This document shows positions 1 through 10,824 of a DNA stretch of 64,000 bases, one piece after another. Both the position numbers and the translations under genes were made by a program. The notes beneath the pieces were generated by a model that saw nothing but the letters and a program-made list of their open reading frames with translations, did not search any database and was not told the DNA's origin. Origin of the DNA: a virus (Duplodnaviria; Caudoviricetes). The number at the start of each line of letters is the position of its first letter. Positions within the stretch are counted from its first letter, which is position 1. Location of the stretch: positions 1-64,000 of the IMG/VR virus record IMGVR_UViG_3300028242_000036; one strand, given 5' to 3'.

Positions 1-16
1 TAATTCTACATATACT

Positions 17-571
17 TTGGTTGGTTATTGCGTGTCACAAAATGGACAAAGATTAGACCTGCCCGATTTACTTATCAAAACAACATATACTACAGGTAGA
101 ATTTATACTAACTTAACCGTTGAGTTAAATAAACATTGTGCAGAAAACACAGTGTACGCCGAGGTGATTAACCTTCTTGGAAATACTACAAATGGAAAAG
201 CAGTTTTTGTTGATGATGAGAAGATAGACCTTAAAACAAATGACAATGCTATTGTTTTTACAGATACTTATAATCTGCTTACAGATAATTTTGTAATCCG
301 TCTTTGGATTAATGGTATTAATAACGAAGAAAAAGTGACCATATTAAAATTAACCAATCCATATGGTTCTGATTATATTGAACTTTATTATAACGATGGT
401 TATTTTTATGCCACAAAATATAGTTATGGATTAACCTCTCGATACATTAGTAATGTTGTTAATGAGAACGATGTTTTAAATGGTAATATCTATCTTTCTA
501 TGTTGTATTGCAACGGAAGAATTGATATATATGCCACCTCTTATGCAGAAAGTGAGGCGATAGCAAGATGA
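17..571 (+). CDS. Tail/baseplate-region structural protein (probably 5'-truncated by the window edge)
   Basis: ORF track; first gene of a tightly coupled + strand run ending in lysis genes; TTG start is doubtful. Confidence 0.5.
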   Translation: MVGYCVSQNGQRLDLPDLLIKTTYTTGRIYTNLTVELNKHCAENTVYAEVINLLGNTTNGKAVFVDDEKIDLKTNDNAIVFTDTYNLLTDNFVIRLWINGINNEEKVTILKLTNPYGSDYIELYYNDGYFYATKYSYGLTSRYISNVVNENDVLNGNIYLSMLYCNGRIDIYATSYAESEAIAR

Positions 572-1527
572 TTATTGGTTATGATTTTTTGGGTGATAAC
601 ATATATGACACAGATAATATAAATGATAACGATGGTGTTGCTTTTGATGTTTGCCTTCCCCTTTCTGTAGCAATGCGAGATGTTGTAATACAAAACGGTA
701 TTTATGATGAGTTAGAAGTGTTACAAAATACTAAGGTTAATAAACAAGAAATAATAAAAAGCAACTCTTGGAATGATAATACCTTAATGCTTGCTAATTT
801 CCAAAATAATTTATCTGCTGGTAGTGTTAATGTAGGTAACAATAAAGTTTCTACAATTCAATTTCTAAGAAGAAAAAAAGATACAACAGAATGGCAATTT
901 TGTAAAGAGATTCAATATAATGAAAACAAAGAAATGTATTCTTTTGTAGATAAATATATTGAATCTGAGCAAGAATATGAATATTGTATTCGCCCCACCG
1001 CAAAGGTATACGATGATGCAGGTATGTATGTTGAAACCATCATTGGTGAAAATAGTCCTACCACATTGGTTCGTGTAGTTTTTGATTATGCTCACTTGTT
1101 TGATAATGAAACATCTTATGATTTGTTATATAACTTTAAACTTGGTGATATTACTTCAAATATTGATGCTAATACAATAACTACTTTAGGTGGTCAATAT
1201 CCTTTTACTATTTATGGTGCTTCTAAATATAAAACAGGTAGTGCAAGCTGTTTATTAGTAACAGAAGAAAGTGCTACAGGTTCAATAGATGTTGGAGCAG
1301 AAAAGGTATTAAGAAATAATATAGATAACTTTTTGTCAAACAAAAAGCCCAAAATATTAAAATGTGATGATGGCACATATTTACTTATTAGTATTAGTGA
1401 TAATTATGTTTTAACTCCTAATGAAAATTTATTAGGTAGTTACAGTTTATCTTTTAACTATACTGAAATTGGTGATGCTAACGATGTTGATACTTTAAAG
1501 AAATATGGTTTATGGAGTGATGTATAA
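568..1527 (+). CDS. Putative tail/baseplate protein
   Basis: 319 aa, overlaps both neighbours, lies in the structural module. Confidence 0.5.
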   Translation: MIIGYDFLGDNIYDTDNINDNDGVAFDVCLPLSVAMRDVVIQNGIYDELEVLQNTKVNKQEIIKSNSWNDNTLMLANFQNNLSAGSVNVGNNKVSTIQFLRRKKDTTEWQFCKEIQYNENKEMYSFVDKYIESEQEYEYCIRPTAKVYDDAGMYVETIIGENSPTTLVRVVFDYAHLFDNETSYDLLYNFKLGDITSNIDANTITTLGGQYPFTIYGASKYKTGSASCLLVTEESATGSIDVGAEKVLRNNIDNFLSNKKPKILKCDDGTYLLISISDNYVLTPNENLLGSYSLSFNYTEIGDANDVDTLKKYGLWSDV

Positions 1528-2975
1528 TGAATACAATAAACGAAATAAATGTGCCTCACCTTTTATCAATTTCTAATCAGGAGCATTTAGAGTATTATGA
1601 TATTCAAACTGCTCCTGTAAGATATTTATATGTAAAAATTGAAATTTTAAATGAACAAAATAAAATTATTGGTGAGATTTCGGGTACTGCTACAAATGGC
1701 AATTATAATATTAATGGTGATTCAACCATTAGAAGAACTTGTGATTTGACATTTAATTTAGAAGATAGTTATTTACCTGAAAACAACAATAGTATATTTT
1801 GGATTAATAAAAAATTTAAATTATATATTGGTTTAGGTAATATTCAGCAAGATAAAATTTATTGGTTTGATAAAGGCACTTATATTATTAAAGACCCAAA
1901 TGTGAATATTACAGTTAATAGCAACACTGTAACAATTAGCGGTTTAGATAAAATGGCATTATATTCAGGAGACATTGATGGTCAATTAACTACTGCAACA
2001 ATGGTAACTTATGAAAATGGTGCTACAAGGGGTGACACTGTTAAAGCTATAATGATTGACGGTGGTGAAAAGGAAGATAATATAATTATCGAAGATAGTG
2101 CCGTGATGAAAGAAACGATACCTTATGACATCGAAAGTTCGATTGGAGATTGTACTACCGATGTACTTAATAAGGTAATTGATACTCTTGCCAATTATCA
2201 ATATTATTATGATTTAAATGGTAAATTTAACTTTACATCCAAACCCATTAGAGGTGATTTCAGAAATAATAATATTGAATGGGATTTTGAACAAAAAAAT
2301 AATGTTATTATTTCGATTGATAGAAATATTGATTATGCAAATATCAAAAATCGCATAACAATATGGGGTGGTGTTCACGATGACGGTTATCAGCCAAGTT
2401 ATACCTTGGAATTAACCGATAGCAATTCAGATTTTGGTGACTCCCCTTTTACTTATGATAAATTGGGTGAAGGTTTTTATAGAGATTATGTTGAACAGTG
2501 TGATGATTATATAGATGCTGTTTTAGATTTCGATGATACTTCAACAGAAGTATTTTATCCATATAATATTTGTGTCAAATATAATGATGTATATTATCGT
2601 TGTAACAACGAAGAAGGAACAACTAATACAAACGGTGTTCCAAACAATAATACAACAGATTGGGTAATGATTTGTACAGAAGATAATTTATCACAAGCTT
2701 CAGGTAATGACTTTGAAAATTATATGCAACAAATACACGCATATTCAATAGCATTATGTCGAGCAAAAGCAAACGAATTAATGTTTACTTATTATTTAGC
2801 AAACGACACTATTACAATTACTTGTGTACCTATTTATTCATTAGATGTAAATAGTGTCATCATTATAAACGATGAAGTGTCAGGTGCAAAAGGTTTATAT
2901 GTTGTCAAAGATATTTCTTGTCAGTTAAATGCAAATGGAACTATGACAATAACAGCACATAAATTATGGGATTAA
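1527..2975 (+). CDS. Putative tail hub/spike-type protein
   Basis: 482 aa; RRTCDL, GLDKM and C-terminal VPIYSLDVN resemble phage tail hub proteins; context. Confidence 0.55.
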   Translation: MNTINEINVPHLLSISNQEHLEYYDIQTAPVRYLYVKIEILNEQNKIIGEISGTATNGNYNINGDSTIRRTCDLTFNLEDSYLPENNNSIFWINKKFKLYIGLGNIQQDKIYWFDKGTYIIKDPNVNITVNSNTVTISGLDKMALYSGDIDGQLTTATMVTYENGATRGDTVKAIMIDGGEKEDNIIIEDSAVMKETIPYDIESSIGDCTTDVLNKVIDTLANYQYYYDLNGKFNFTSKPIRGDFRNNNIEWDFEQKNNVIISIDRNIDYANIKNRITIWGGVHDDGYQPSYTLELTDSNSDFGDSPFTYDKLGEGFYRDYVEQCDDYIDAVLDFDDTSTEVFYPYNICVKYNDVYYRCNNEEGTTNTNGVPNNNTTDWVMICTEDNLSQASGNDFENYMQQIHAYSIALCRAKANELMFTYYLANDTITITCVPIYSLDVNSVIIINDEVSGAKGLYVVKDISCQLNANGTMTITAHKLWD

Positions 2976-2990
2976 AGGAGGTAGATATTT

Positions 2991-3443
2991 ATGGCTATAA
3001 ATGGTAGTAGAAGTGATTTTACATCGTCAAATAATTATACTTTAGATACCTTTAAAGAAATGTTTGAATTATCGGCAAATGAAGTTGTCAAGGTTCAAAG
3101 ATGGAAAGAATTAAAAGCAAAAAACAATAGAACATCTGAGGAAAATCAGGAATTGCTTGATTTAATTGAAACATTAGCTTCTAAAATTATTACAGCAGAA
3201 GATTGGAATTTATTATTAGATGCTATGTATAATTTAGAGCAAGCATATAAAGATAAAGGTTTAGACCAAATTGATAAAACCGTAGAAGATTATGTAGAAG
3301 ATTATGCAAAGAGAGATATAAACAATAAGCTTGGTACTCAAATCAATGAGTTGTTATTAACCAATGCTACACAAATTATTATTTCTACTTCGCAACCTAC
3401 CGTTGTTAACGGTGCTTTATGGATTAAACCCAAAACAACTTAA
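2991..3443 (+). CDS. Hypothetical tail-associated protein
   Basis: AAAGGAGG RBS; ends in SQPTVVNGALWIKP, a motif typical of tail-fibre-linked proteins. Confidence 0.5.
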   Translation: MAINGSRSDFTSSNNYTLDTFKEMFELSANEVVKVQRWKELKAKNNRTSEENQELLDLIETLASKIITAEDWNLLLDAMYNLEQAYKDKGLDQIDKTVEDYVEDYAKRDINNKLGTQINELLLTNATQIIISTSQPTVVNGALWIKPKTT

Positions 3444-3457
3444 AGGAGTGATTATAT

Positions 3458-5701
3458 ATGGCAAGTGGTAGTTTTTATAATTATCCCACAGGCAGTTTTG
3501 GTGTATATTGTGAATGGAGTTCAACCCTTGGTACTGATGGTTATTCTACAGTTACTTTAAAAACTTACTTATCATATTATACGATTAATATTGGAAGTAG
3601 TAAGTGGACAACATCTATTGATGGAAATTCTGCTACATTTACCAGCGATGCAATAAAAGTTTCGAGTGCAAGTTCTTGGAGTAAAAAATTATTAAATACT
3701 CGTACTTTAAAAGTTAAACACGATAGCGATGGTACAAAAAAAGTCACACTATCTGCTTCTTATCCTTTTAATGGTACATACTCAGGTACATCTATTGGCA
3801 CAATTACAGCAAGCAAAACAGTTAGTTTAGACACAATAACAGATTGTACTGCACCAACTTCGTTTAGTGTTACAGCCGATAGGACTGATGGTGTATTTGA
3901 AAGCGTTGTAAGTCTTGCTTGGTCAGGTGCTAAAGGTGGTAGCGGTAATACCATTAGTAGTTATTTTATAAGATATAGAACCAAAAGTTCTTCAAGTGGT
4001 AGTTATGGTAGTTGGGCTGATTTAACAACTGTTACCTCTACGAGTACATCGGGTAGCAAATCTATCGACATATCTTCCAAAGTGTCAAGAGGATATTATG
4101 TTCAGTTTTCAATTCAAGCAAGGGGTTCAGCAGGAAGTAATTTTTATTCAGGCTACAAAGAGTCTTCTGCTATTAGAAGAAATCCATATACAACCTGTAC
4201 AGCTCCCACATCTATAACTGTAACTCCAAACAATTTTGATGCTACGGTTACAATTAGTTGGTCGGGTGCAGGAGCAGGTACAAGTAATAGCATTAGTAGT
4301 TATTATATACAATATGCTACCTCTTCTAATAATTCAACTTGGGGTAGTTGGACAGGATTAACAACTGTTAATTCTACAAGTAGTTCAGGTAGTAAAACCA
4401 TTGATGTATCCTCTAATGTGTCGAGAGGATATTATATAAAATTTAGAATTAGAACACAAGGTTCAGCAGGTAGCAGTTATTATTCAGGATACAAAGAGTC
4501 TTCTTCGGTTCTTAGACAACCTTACACATCTTGTGTTGCACCAACTACAATCACACTTTCTCCCGATATGTCGAGTAGTTTTTTTGAAAGCAGTATTACT
4601 ATTCAATGGTCGGGTGCTTCAGGTGGTACAAACAATAGCATTTCTTCATATTTAATAAGATATAGCACTTCGACTGATAATTCAACTTGGGGTAACTATG
4701 CTGATTTAACTACCGTGAATACTACTTCTGCATCAGGTAGCACAACTATTAATGTTTCTGCTAAAGTTACAAGAGGACATTATATTAAATTGGCAATTAG
4801 GACTCAGGGTAGTGCAGGTAGTGATTACTATTCGGGATATACATATTCTACTACATTGCAAAGAAATCCTTACACTAAATGCACAGCTCCTACACAAATA
4901 ACTTTAACTTCTGAAAAAGGTTTAAATGGTAGTACATATACTAATGTTTTTGAAAATAGTATTACAATGAGTTTTTCAAATGCTAAAGCAGGTGAAAACA
5001 ATACTATTGTGGGTTATTCCGTTCAATACAGACAATCTGATGATAAAATCACTTGGGATGGTTGGAGAGTATATGGTAGTTACGAATCAACAAATACTGC
5101 TGAGAGCTATGAGTTAAATATTGCTGATGTTGTAAGAGGTAAATATATTCAGTTTCAGATTGCAACGCTCAGTTCTCAAAGTGGTTATGATTCTGATTAT
5201 GTTGAAAGTCCAATCATTCGTAAAAATAGCATACCATCTAATGTTTCTGCCGTGGATACAAATTTGTTAGAATTAGAATATTCATATGGCGATGACATTA
5301 TTATAGGATGGAGTGAGCCAAGTGACATCGATAGTAATATATATAAATATCAAATTATATTATATCAAAATATCAATGGTACATTTACAAATATTCTTGA
5401 AGATGAAGTGGGTGCAAGTAATTTATCATTCACATTAGATTCGAGCAATGAAGCTTATCAGTCTATTAAAAATAATGAGCAAATTAAATTTGCAGTAAGA
5501 CCGATAGATGTTTTTGGTTTAGCTTCTAATGGTTATACAGAATCAAAAATTATTACTCGTTATGATGATACAGGTGTTTGTATTGGCGTTAATGGAGAAT
5601 GGATAAATTGTCAGATATATGTTGGCGTGAATGGTGAATGGGTTGAACAATCTGTAGGTGCAGGTGTAAATAACACTTGGTTGCAATGTGGATTAAAATA
5701 A
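3458..5701 (+). CDS. Tail fibre/receptor-binding protein with about 4 tandem FN3-like repeats
   Basis: Ser/Thr-rich; unit of about 108 aa (CTAPT...WSGA..G..N.ISSY.I.Y...W...TV..TS.SGS.TI.VS..V.RG.Y..F.I...GSAGS..YSGY) repeated. Confidence 0.7.
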   Translation: MASGSFYNYPTGSFGVYCEWSSTLGTDGYSTVTLKTYLSYYTINIGSSKWTTSIDGNSATFTSDAIKVSSASSWSKKLLNTRTLKVKHDSDGTKKVTLSASYPFNGTYSGTSIGTITASKTVSLDTITDCTAPTSFSVTADRTDGVFESVVSLAWSGAKGGSGNTISSYFIRYRTKSSSSGSYGSWADLTTVTSTSTSGSKSIDISSKVSRGYYVQFSIQARGSAGSNFYSGYKESSAIRRNPYTTCTAPTSITVTPNNFDATVTISWSGAGAGTSNSISSYYIQYATSSNNSTWGSWTGLTTVNSTSSSGSKTIDVSSNVSRGYYIKFRIRTQGSAGSSYYSGYKESSSVLRQPYTSCVAPTTITLSPDMSSSFFESSITIQWSGASGGTNNSISSYLIRYSTSTDNSTWGNYADLTTVNTTSASGSTTINVSAKVTRGHYIKLAIRTQGSAGSDYYSGYTYSTTLQRNPYTKCTAPTQITLTSEKGLNGSTYTNVFENSITMSFSNAKAGENNTIVGYSVQYRQSDDKITWDGWRVYGSYESTNTAESYELNIADVVRGKYIQFQIATLSSQSGYDSDYVESPIIRKNSIPSNVSAVDTNLLELEYSYGDDIIIGWSEPSDIDSNIYKYQIILYQNINGTFTNILEDEVGASNLSFTLDSSNEAYQSIKNNEQIKFAVRPIDVFGLASNGYTESKIITRYDDTGVCIGVNGEWINCQIYVGVNGEWVEQSVGAGVNNTWLQCGLK

Positions 5702-5722
5702 TATAATTTAATAACTTTTTAT

Positions 5723-5749
5723 AAGACGGTAGATAATTTCTATCGTCTT
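5723..5749 (+). terminator. Intrinsic terminator
   Basis: AAGACGGTAGA-TAATT-TCTATCGTCTT hairpin after the tail operon. Confidence 0.7.
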
Positions 5750-5822
5750 TATTGATTTACAAATAAAACTACAACTAAATAATGATTATATTTTAAAAAG
5801 ATTTATTTTGGAGGGTTTTCTT

Positions 5823-6716
5823 ATGGAATACAATATCAATAAAGTTTTAAATATAGCAAATGATGAGGTTGGTTATTTAGAAAAGAAATCAAATAATCAG
5901 CTTGATAGTAAAACTGCAAATGCAGGAATGAATAACTATACTAAATATGCAAGAGATATTGATGAGTTAAATATTATGTATGGCAAAAAACAAGGATATG
6001 CGTGGTGTGCAATATTTTTTGTTTGGCTGGTTTATAAAGCATATGGGAGACAAGCTTTAGATGAAGTTTTATATGGTTTAGAGTATTCGGCAGGTTGTAT
6101 TGAAACTGCAAACTATTATAAAAGAGCAGAGAAATTTTATTCTCTTCCTAAAGTTGGCGACCAAATATTTTTTAAAAACTCAAACGGAGTTATTTGTCAT
6201 ACAGGTCTTGTATACAAAGTAGATAATACTTATGTATATACAATCGAAGGAAACACTTCAAATGCGAATGGCGTTATTGCAAACGGTGGTTGTGTTGCTA
6301 AAAAGAAATATGCAAAAACATATAATAGAATTTATGGATATGGTAGACCTAATTATGGCGACCAAAGTAAATTTAGCTCTACTGTAAATTCCCAAAGTGC
6401 AACTCAAAGTGCAATAAAGAATTGGCAACTTTCAGCAATAAAAGATGGTTATAAATTTCCTAAGTATGGAGCTGATGGTCAATGGGGTTCTGAATGTGAA
6501 TCTGTGGCTAAAGTTGCTATTTGTAAAATGTATTCTAATGAATATAAAAATAAAAATTTAACTAAAATTGTACAATCAGTTGTTGGTGTGGAAACAGATG
6601 GTTTATTTGGTGCAAACACAAAACAAGCTGTTATTATATATCAAAAGAAAAATAAATTAACTGCTGACGGTGTTGTAGGTTATAACACTTGGAAAGCTAT
6701 GTTGGGTATTAAATAA
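5823..6716 (+). CDS. Endolysin, CHAP amidase plus peptidoglycan-binding domain
   Basis: AWCAIF (Cys), HTGLV (His), TIEGN; C-terminal ADGVVGYNTW PG-binding motif; ATG at 5823 follows GGAGG. Confidence 0.9.
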   Translation: MEYNINKVLNIANDEVGYLEKKSNNQLDSKTANAGMNNYTKYARDIDELNIMYGKKQGYAWCAIFFVWLVYKAYGRQALDEVLYGLEYSAGCIETANYYKRAEKFYSLPKVGDQIFFKNSNGVICHTGLVYKVDNTYVYTIEGNTSNANGVIANGGCVAKKKYAKTYNRIYGYGRPNYGDQSKFSSTVNSQSATQSAIKNWQLSAIKDGYKFPKYGADGQWGSECESVAKVAICKMYSNEYKNKNLTKIVQSVVGVETDGLFGANTKQAVIIYQKKNKLTADGVVGYNTWKAMLGIK

Positions 6717-6723
6717 GGAGGAA

Positions 6724-7119
6724 TTGATTATGGAAAGTACAATTATGGAATTATTTCAAGATTATATTGCAGAAAATGGCGTAGAGATTTTAGCTACCAT
6801 TGTAACAGCAATTTTCGGTCTTATTGGTGTACTTGCAAAGAAGCTTTACAACAAAATTATAGATGAGAAGAATGAAAAGATTGTAGAAAAAGTTGTAGGC
6901 TATTGTGTTCAGGGCGTAGAACAGTTATATAAAGATTTACACGGTGAAGAAAAACTTAATAAGGTTATTGAAGCTGTTACTGATATTTTAAATGAAAAAG
7001 GTATTACTGTTACAGACCTTGAATTAAGGATGCTTATTGAATCAGCAGTTGGTTCATTTAATGATAATTTTAAAAAGACAACTGTTGAAGATACCCCTGC
7101 CGAAGAAATTGTAGGTTAA
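6724..7119 (+). CDS. Holin (LL-H-like)
   Basis: N-terminal TM helix; VEQLY...GEEKL...IESAV pattern; follows the endolysin. Confidence 0.8.
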   Translation: MIMESTIMELFQDYIAENGVEILATIVTAIFGLIGVLAKKLYNKIIDEKNEKIVEKVVGYCVQGVEQLYKDLHGEEKLNKVIEAVTDILNEKGITVTDLELRMLIESAVGSFNDNFKKTTVEDTPAEEIVG

Positions 7120-7156
7120 AAAATAATCTATAAAACATATGGGGGTGTCGTAATAA

Positions 7157-7666
7157 GTGGATATTGCAACAGTTGAAACTATAAAAAATATCTCTCTTAT
7201 TATTAGTGTGGCTACGAGTTCTATTGCACTTATAACCACACTGACAACTTTAATTGTGAAACCATTAAGAAAAAGATTTATTGCTTTTATTAAAAGGTCA
7301 ACTAATGATGTTGAGAAAGATATGATTCTTAAACAACAGGCAGAGGCAATTAAAAAAGAAGATGCGGATATTAAAGAATTAAAAGAAACGGTTAATCAAG
7401 TTGTTGATATTATACAAGAATTAAAAGAAAGAATTTTTAAAAACGAAGCAGATAGACTTCGTAGTGAATTATTTGATTGTGGAAACAGATGTCGCAGAAG
7501 AATACCTTTAAGTGGCGAAGAATATCGTCACATTCAGGGGGTTTTCAAAAAGTATTCTGAGGAATTGCACGAAAATGGTTCAGGAGAAGATGAGTATAAT
7601 TTTATAACAACTTATTTTAATTCAGCGTTTAATCAAGACAAAATTAATAGAATATATGACAATTAA
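7157..7666 (+). CDS. Membrane-anchored coiled-coil protein of the lysis cassette
   Basis: N-terminal hydrophobic helix, then coiled coil. Confidence 0.55.
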   Translation: MDIATVETIKNISLIISVATSSIALITTLTTLIVKPLRKRFIAFIKRSTNDVEKDMILKQQAEAIKKEDADIKELKETVNQVVDIIQELKERIFKNEADRLRSELFDCGNRCRRRIPLSGEEYRHIQGVFKKYSEELHENGSGEDEYNFITTYFNSAFNQDKINRIYDN

Positions 7667-7674
7667 ATAAAATT

Positions 7675-7702
7675 GAGGAATGTAATTAAATTTACATTCC
7701 TC
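7675..7702. terminator. Bidirectional terminator between convergent blocks
   Basis: Perfect 11-bp stem GAGGAATGTAA/TTACATTCCTC with a T-run. Confidence 0.85.
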
Positions 7703-7715
7703 TTTTTTTATGCGA

Positions 7716-8615
7716 TTATTTAATTAAATTATTTAAAGGGCTTGTCTTTCTACCCATCTCTACAATTTTTTTATCTTGCATACTTTTTAAATATGTTTTA
7801 GTGATATTCATATTGTTATGTCCAAGCAATACCGAAACGGTATGAACATCTGCTCCGTTTCTTAATTGAGTTTGTGCATAATAATGTCTGATTGTATGTG
7901 GAGAAATTCTTATTCCTTTGATGTTTTCACCTGCTAATTTAATTATTCTTTCGACACCTTCAACGGTTAAAGGTTTGTTTCTATATGAAAGAAAGTAGTT
8001 ATTATATTTTAATATATCATCTTTAAGATATGAAGTTCTTGCTCTTTCATATTTAATTAACATCTTTTTAAGCTGTGCAGAGATAGGAACAATTCTTTCT
8101 TTTGCACCCTTGCCAAAAACATAAATGATACTTTCTTTAACATCTGCAATGGATAAATTGCATAATTCAGAATTTCTGATACCTGTATCAACTAACACTG
8201 CAATGATAGTTCTGTTTCTGATTGAAAGAAAATCATTTCCTTTGTAATAAGAAAGCATTTCTTTAATGTGTTCATCTTCAAAAGTTTTGATAATATAATT
8301 CTCTTCGTGTAGCCATTTTACTTTTAAAGAAACATTGGCACAATATCCTTCGTTAGAACAGTATTTAAAAAAGCTTCTAATGTTTTTAAGTATACCATTG
8401 ATATAAATTGCTTTTCTTTTCTTGCTACTTAAATAGTTTAAATAATTCTTAATGTGTACAGGTCTAACTTCTTCAAGGTCATCAATTCCCAATTCATCAA
8501 TAGTATATTTAGCAAATTTCAGTAGATTATTTTTGTAACCTTTGATAGTTTTTTGTGTGTAATTCCTACATTCAATATCGTATAGATACTCTTTTACTGC
8601 TTCTTGTAAATACAT
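7716..8615 (-). CDS. int: Tyrosine integrase/recombinase, catalytically intact
   Basis: TGIRNSEL (R), GKGAKER (K), HTIRH (HxxR), LGH...TKTY (H, Y). Confidence 0.92.
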   Translation of the reverse strand: MYLQEAVKEYLYDIECRNYTQKTIKGYKNNLLKFAKYTIDELGIDDLEEVRPVHIKNYLNYLSSKKRKAIYINGILKNIRSFFKYCSNEGYCANVSLKVKWLHEENYIIKTFEDEHIKEMLSYYKGNDFLSIRNRTIIAVLVDTGIRNSELCNLSIADVKESIIYVFGKGAKERIVPISAQLKKMLIKYERARTSYLKDDILKYNNYFLSYRNKPLTVEGVERIIKLAGENIKGIRISPHTIRHYYAQTQLRNGADVHTVSVLLGHNNMNITKTYLKSMQDKKIVEMGRKTSPLNNLIK

Positions 8616-8632
8616 ATAAAAACACCCCTCGT

Positions 8633-8913
8633 ATAATTTATTGTTGATAAAACATAAATAAATTACACAAGAGGTATGTCATAATCAATGACTGTGATTT
8701 TTATTGCATATTCCATAGTCGAATAGATTTTTTACCCTAAATTAACCTCTAAAAACGGTTCTACCCTTTATTCATCCCAGCCTTCAGGGAATTCTGCATT
8801 ATGGTAAACATTTTGACTACCGTAGTGCCAAAGGTTGAAAAGTGAGTAAAATCAAGGGTTGAGAGAGAGATTAAAACTCTTGATAATTTATTATGTTTTT
8901 CATAATCAATTAT
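8633..8913. other. Candidate attP region
   Basis: Non-coding gap next to the integrase; dyad ATAATTTATTATG-TTTTT-CATAATCAATTAT at 8883-8913; related half-sites at 8633, 8653 and 8680. Confidence 0.4.
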
Positions 8914-8989
8914 ACTCTCTTTTCCGTAGTCGGTCAAGGGTTTATCATAGTCATTTTTTAAAATTATTTTTTAAATTTTATTTTGTTGT

Positions 8990-10387
8990 TTAATCGTAAC
9001 TTACTTCTTTGCCTTGTTCTCTTAAAGAAACGAAAACAGGGAATTGCAAACTTTCAAGACCTGTATCTTTGTTTTTGGTAATCTCTTTATATTTAACTTC
9101 GATTACTCTACCAAGAATACTATCTTTATTTTCCCAAAATTCTTTTCTCTGTTCATCGGAAAAGCCTGAACCTACATTAACTGTATTACCTTTGTAATCT
9201 ACAACTAATGCACCAAGAGTTCCTTTAAGTCTACCGTCACCTTCAACAGCATCTACAACTTTAAGGTCAAGTGTATAGAATTTCTTTACCTTAATTAAGT
9301 TCTTTGTACGCTTACATTCATAAGGTGTGTCAAGGTTAATCATAATACCTTCCATATCATTTTGTTCTGCAAATTCTAACCACTTCCAAATTTCACTTTG
9401 GTCTGCACCTTGATAGAACATAGTAACAACAGAAAGGTTTTTGATATTACTATTCATTGAAAAAGCCAATGCCAAACTTACCAACATACCTCTTCTGCTT
9501 GAATATTTAAGTTTGGAAACACCTTCCTCAAATTCTTTTGTAGGTAACATATCGAAAATAACAAGCTTTAATTCTTCTTTATTTTCTTTGTCTGAATTTG
9601 CAATGCCTACGCCCTTTTGGAAAGCTTCGCTATCACTTAAGGAATTATCTTTAAGAATAAGCTCACCATCAAATACATAATCAGTGAGCGTAGGATATTG
9701 TGCAATCAAATTCTTAATATCCTTAATGATATGCTCACAACCTGTATAAACTTTGCCCTGTCTTGTATAGAGTTTTCCTTTATAATAAAAACATCTTGAA
9801 CCATTTAACTTTTGAGAAATATAAAAATATGTATCTTTAGGAATTTTACATTTCTCAATGCTTGTACCAAGCATAACATTAAGAACAGGAATAAAATCTT
9901 TGCCATAAACCTTATTGACAGTCTTTATGTCAACACCAAGTTTAAGAGATTTGGTGATGATTGATTTGATAAATTGTCTAAGCTCTTCATCTTCAGCTAA
10001 AAACTTAATATAAAATTGTACATAAGCAATATCAATATCTGTACCTGTGTTATGTTCTTTAACATAGTTTAATAAGTCGTTGAAGATGTCGATAAAAGAT
10101 TTTGTTGTGATTTCTAACAAACTAATATTAAGATTTGTAGGCTTAATTTTTTTATCAATTTTCTTTTTACTAATGCCTGTAACAATTTGATTATCAAGCA
10201 AAAACTTTAAAATTTCTTTAAATAATTCATCATTTTCGTGTTGTTTAAGTAGGTTTTGTTTCGCAATAGTTGATGATGTGTTTTGTAATTCTTTAAAAAT
10301 ATTATAAAGAATTTGTAGTCTTGCTTCATTGCCCATATATTCATCAACAATATTTATTGTCGCTCTCATTCCTTGTAATTCACTCAT
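8990..10387 (-). CDS. lig: ATP-dependent DNA ligase
   Basis: SQKLNGSR (KxNG motif I), FDGEL, EGIMI, KVKK, C-terminal OB fold with FPVF. Confidence 0.92.
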   Translation of the reverse strand: MSELQGMRATINIVDEYMGNEARLQILYNIFKELQNTSSTIAKQNLLKQHENDELFKEILKFLLDNQIVTGISKKKIDKKIKPTNLNISLLEITTKSFIDIFNDLLNYVKEHNTGTDIDIAYVQFYIKFLAEDEELRQFIKSIITKSLKLGVDIKTVNKVYGKDFIPVLNVMLGTSIEKCKIPKDTYFYISQKLNGSRCFYYKGKLYTRQGKVYTGCEHIIKDIKNLIAQYPTLTDYVFDGELILKDNSLSDSEAFQKGVGIANSDKENKEELKLVIFDMLPTKEFEEGVSKLKYSSRRGMLVSLALAFSMNSNIKNLSVVTMFYQGADQSEIWKWLEFAEQNDMEGIMINLDTPYECKRTKNLIKVKKFYTLDLKVVDAVEGDGRLKGTLGALVVDYKGNTVNVGSGFSDEQRKEFWENKDSILGRVIEVKYKEITKNKDTGLESLQFPVFVSLREQGKEVSYD

Positions 10388-10398
10388 TTACTTCCACC

Positions 10399-10824
10399 TC
10401 AAATCTCAAACATATCAGTTATGTAGTCAAGTGCTTCATCTAAAGTGTCAAATCGAACATCAAAAAGACTACGCATATGGGGTCTTTTAAGCCAAGGTGT
10501 TTTGCCAAATGCAACAACAGGTTTATGTTCTCTCCAAGCCATTGAAAGCTCCCACACTGTACCCACGCTATCATTAATCATATCGAGATTAACTAACACA
10601 ATGTCACAGTTTTTAAGATAAAAATAATTTTGTTTAATAAGTCCGTCTTGTGGATATTCCCAACAACGAGGCTTTTCTTTGCAAGGGTCAAAGCATTTAA
10701 TGTCAAACTGTTCAAAGTGTTTTTCGGCTCTTTCTCTCCATATAGTTGCTCTAAAAGGTTGGTTAATATTATAAAAATATGAAATCGTACCTGCGAGATA
10801 AACAGATTTTTTAAATGGTTTCAT
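10399..10824 (-). CDS. Nucleoside 2-deoxyribosyltransferase-like protein
   Basis: VYLAG, FDP, CDIVLVNL, SVGTVWEL. Confidence 0.8.
   Translation of the reverse strand: MKPFKKSVYLAGTISYFYNINQPFRATIWRERAEKHFEQFDIKCFDPCKEKPRCWEYPQDGLIKQNYFYLKNCDIVLVNLDMINDSVGTVWELSMAWREHKPVVAFGKTPWLKRPHMRSLFDVRFDTLDEALDYITDMFEI

Noticed and set aside
5500-5701. Diversity-generating retroelement target in the tail fibre C-terminus
   Set aside because: No reverse transcriptase and no second copy differing at adenines in the window
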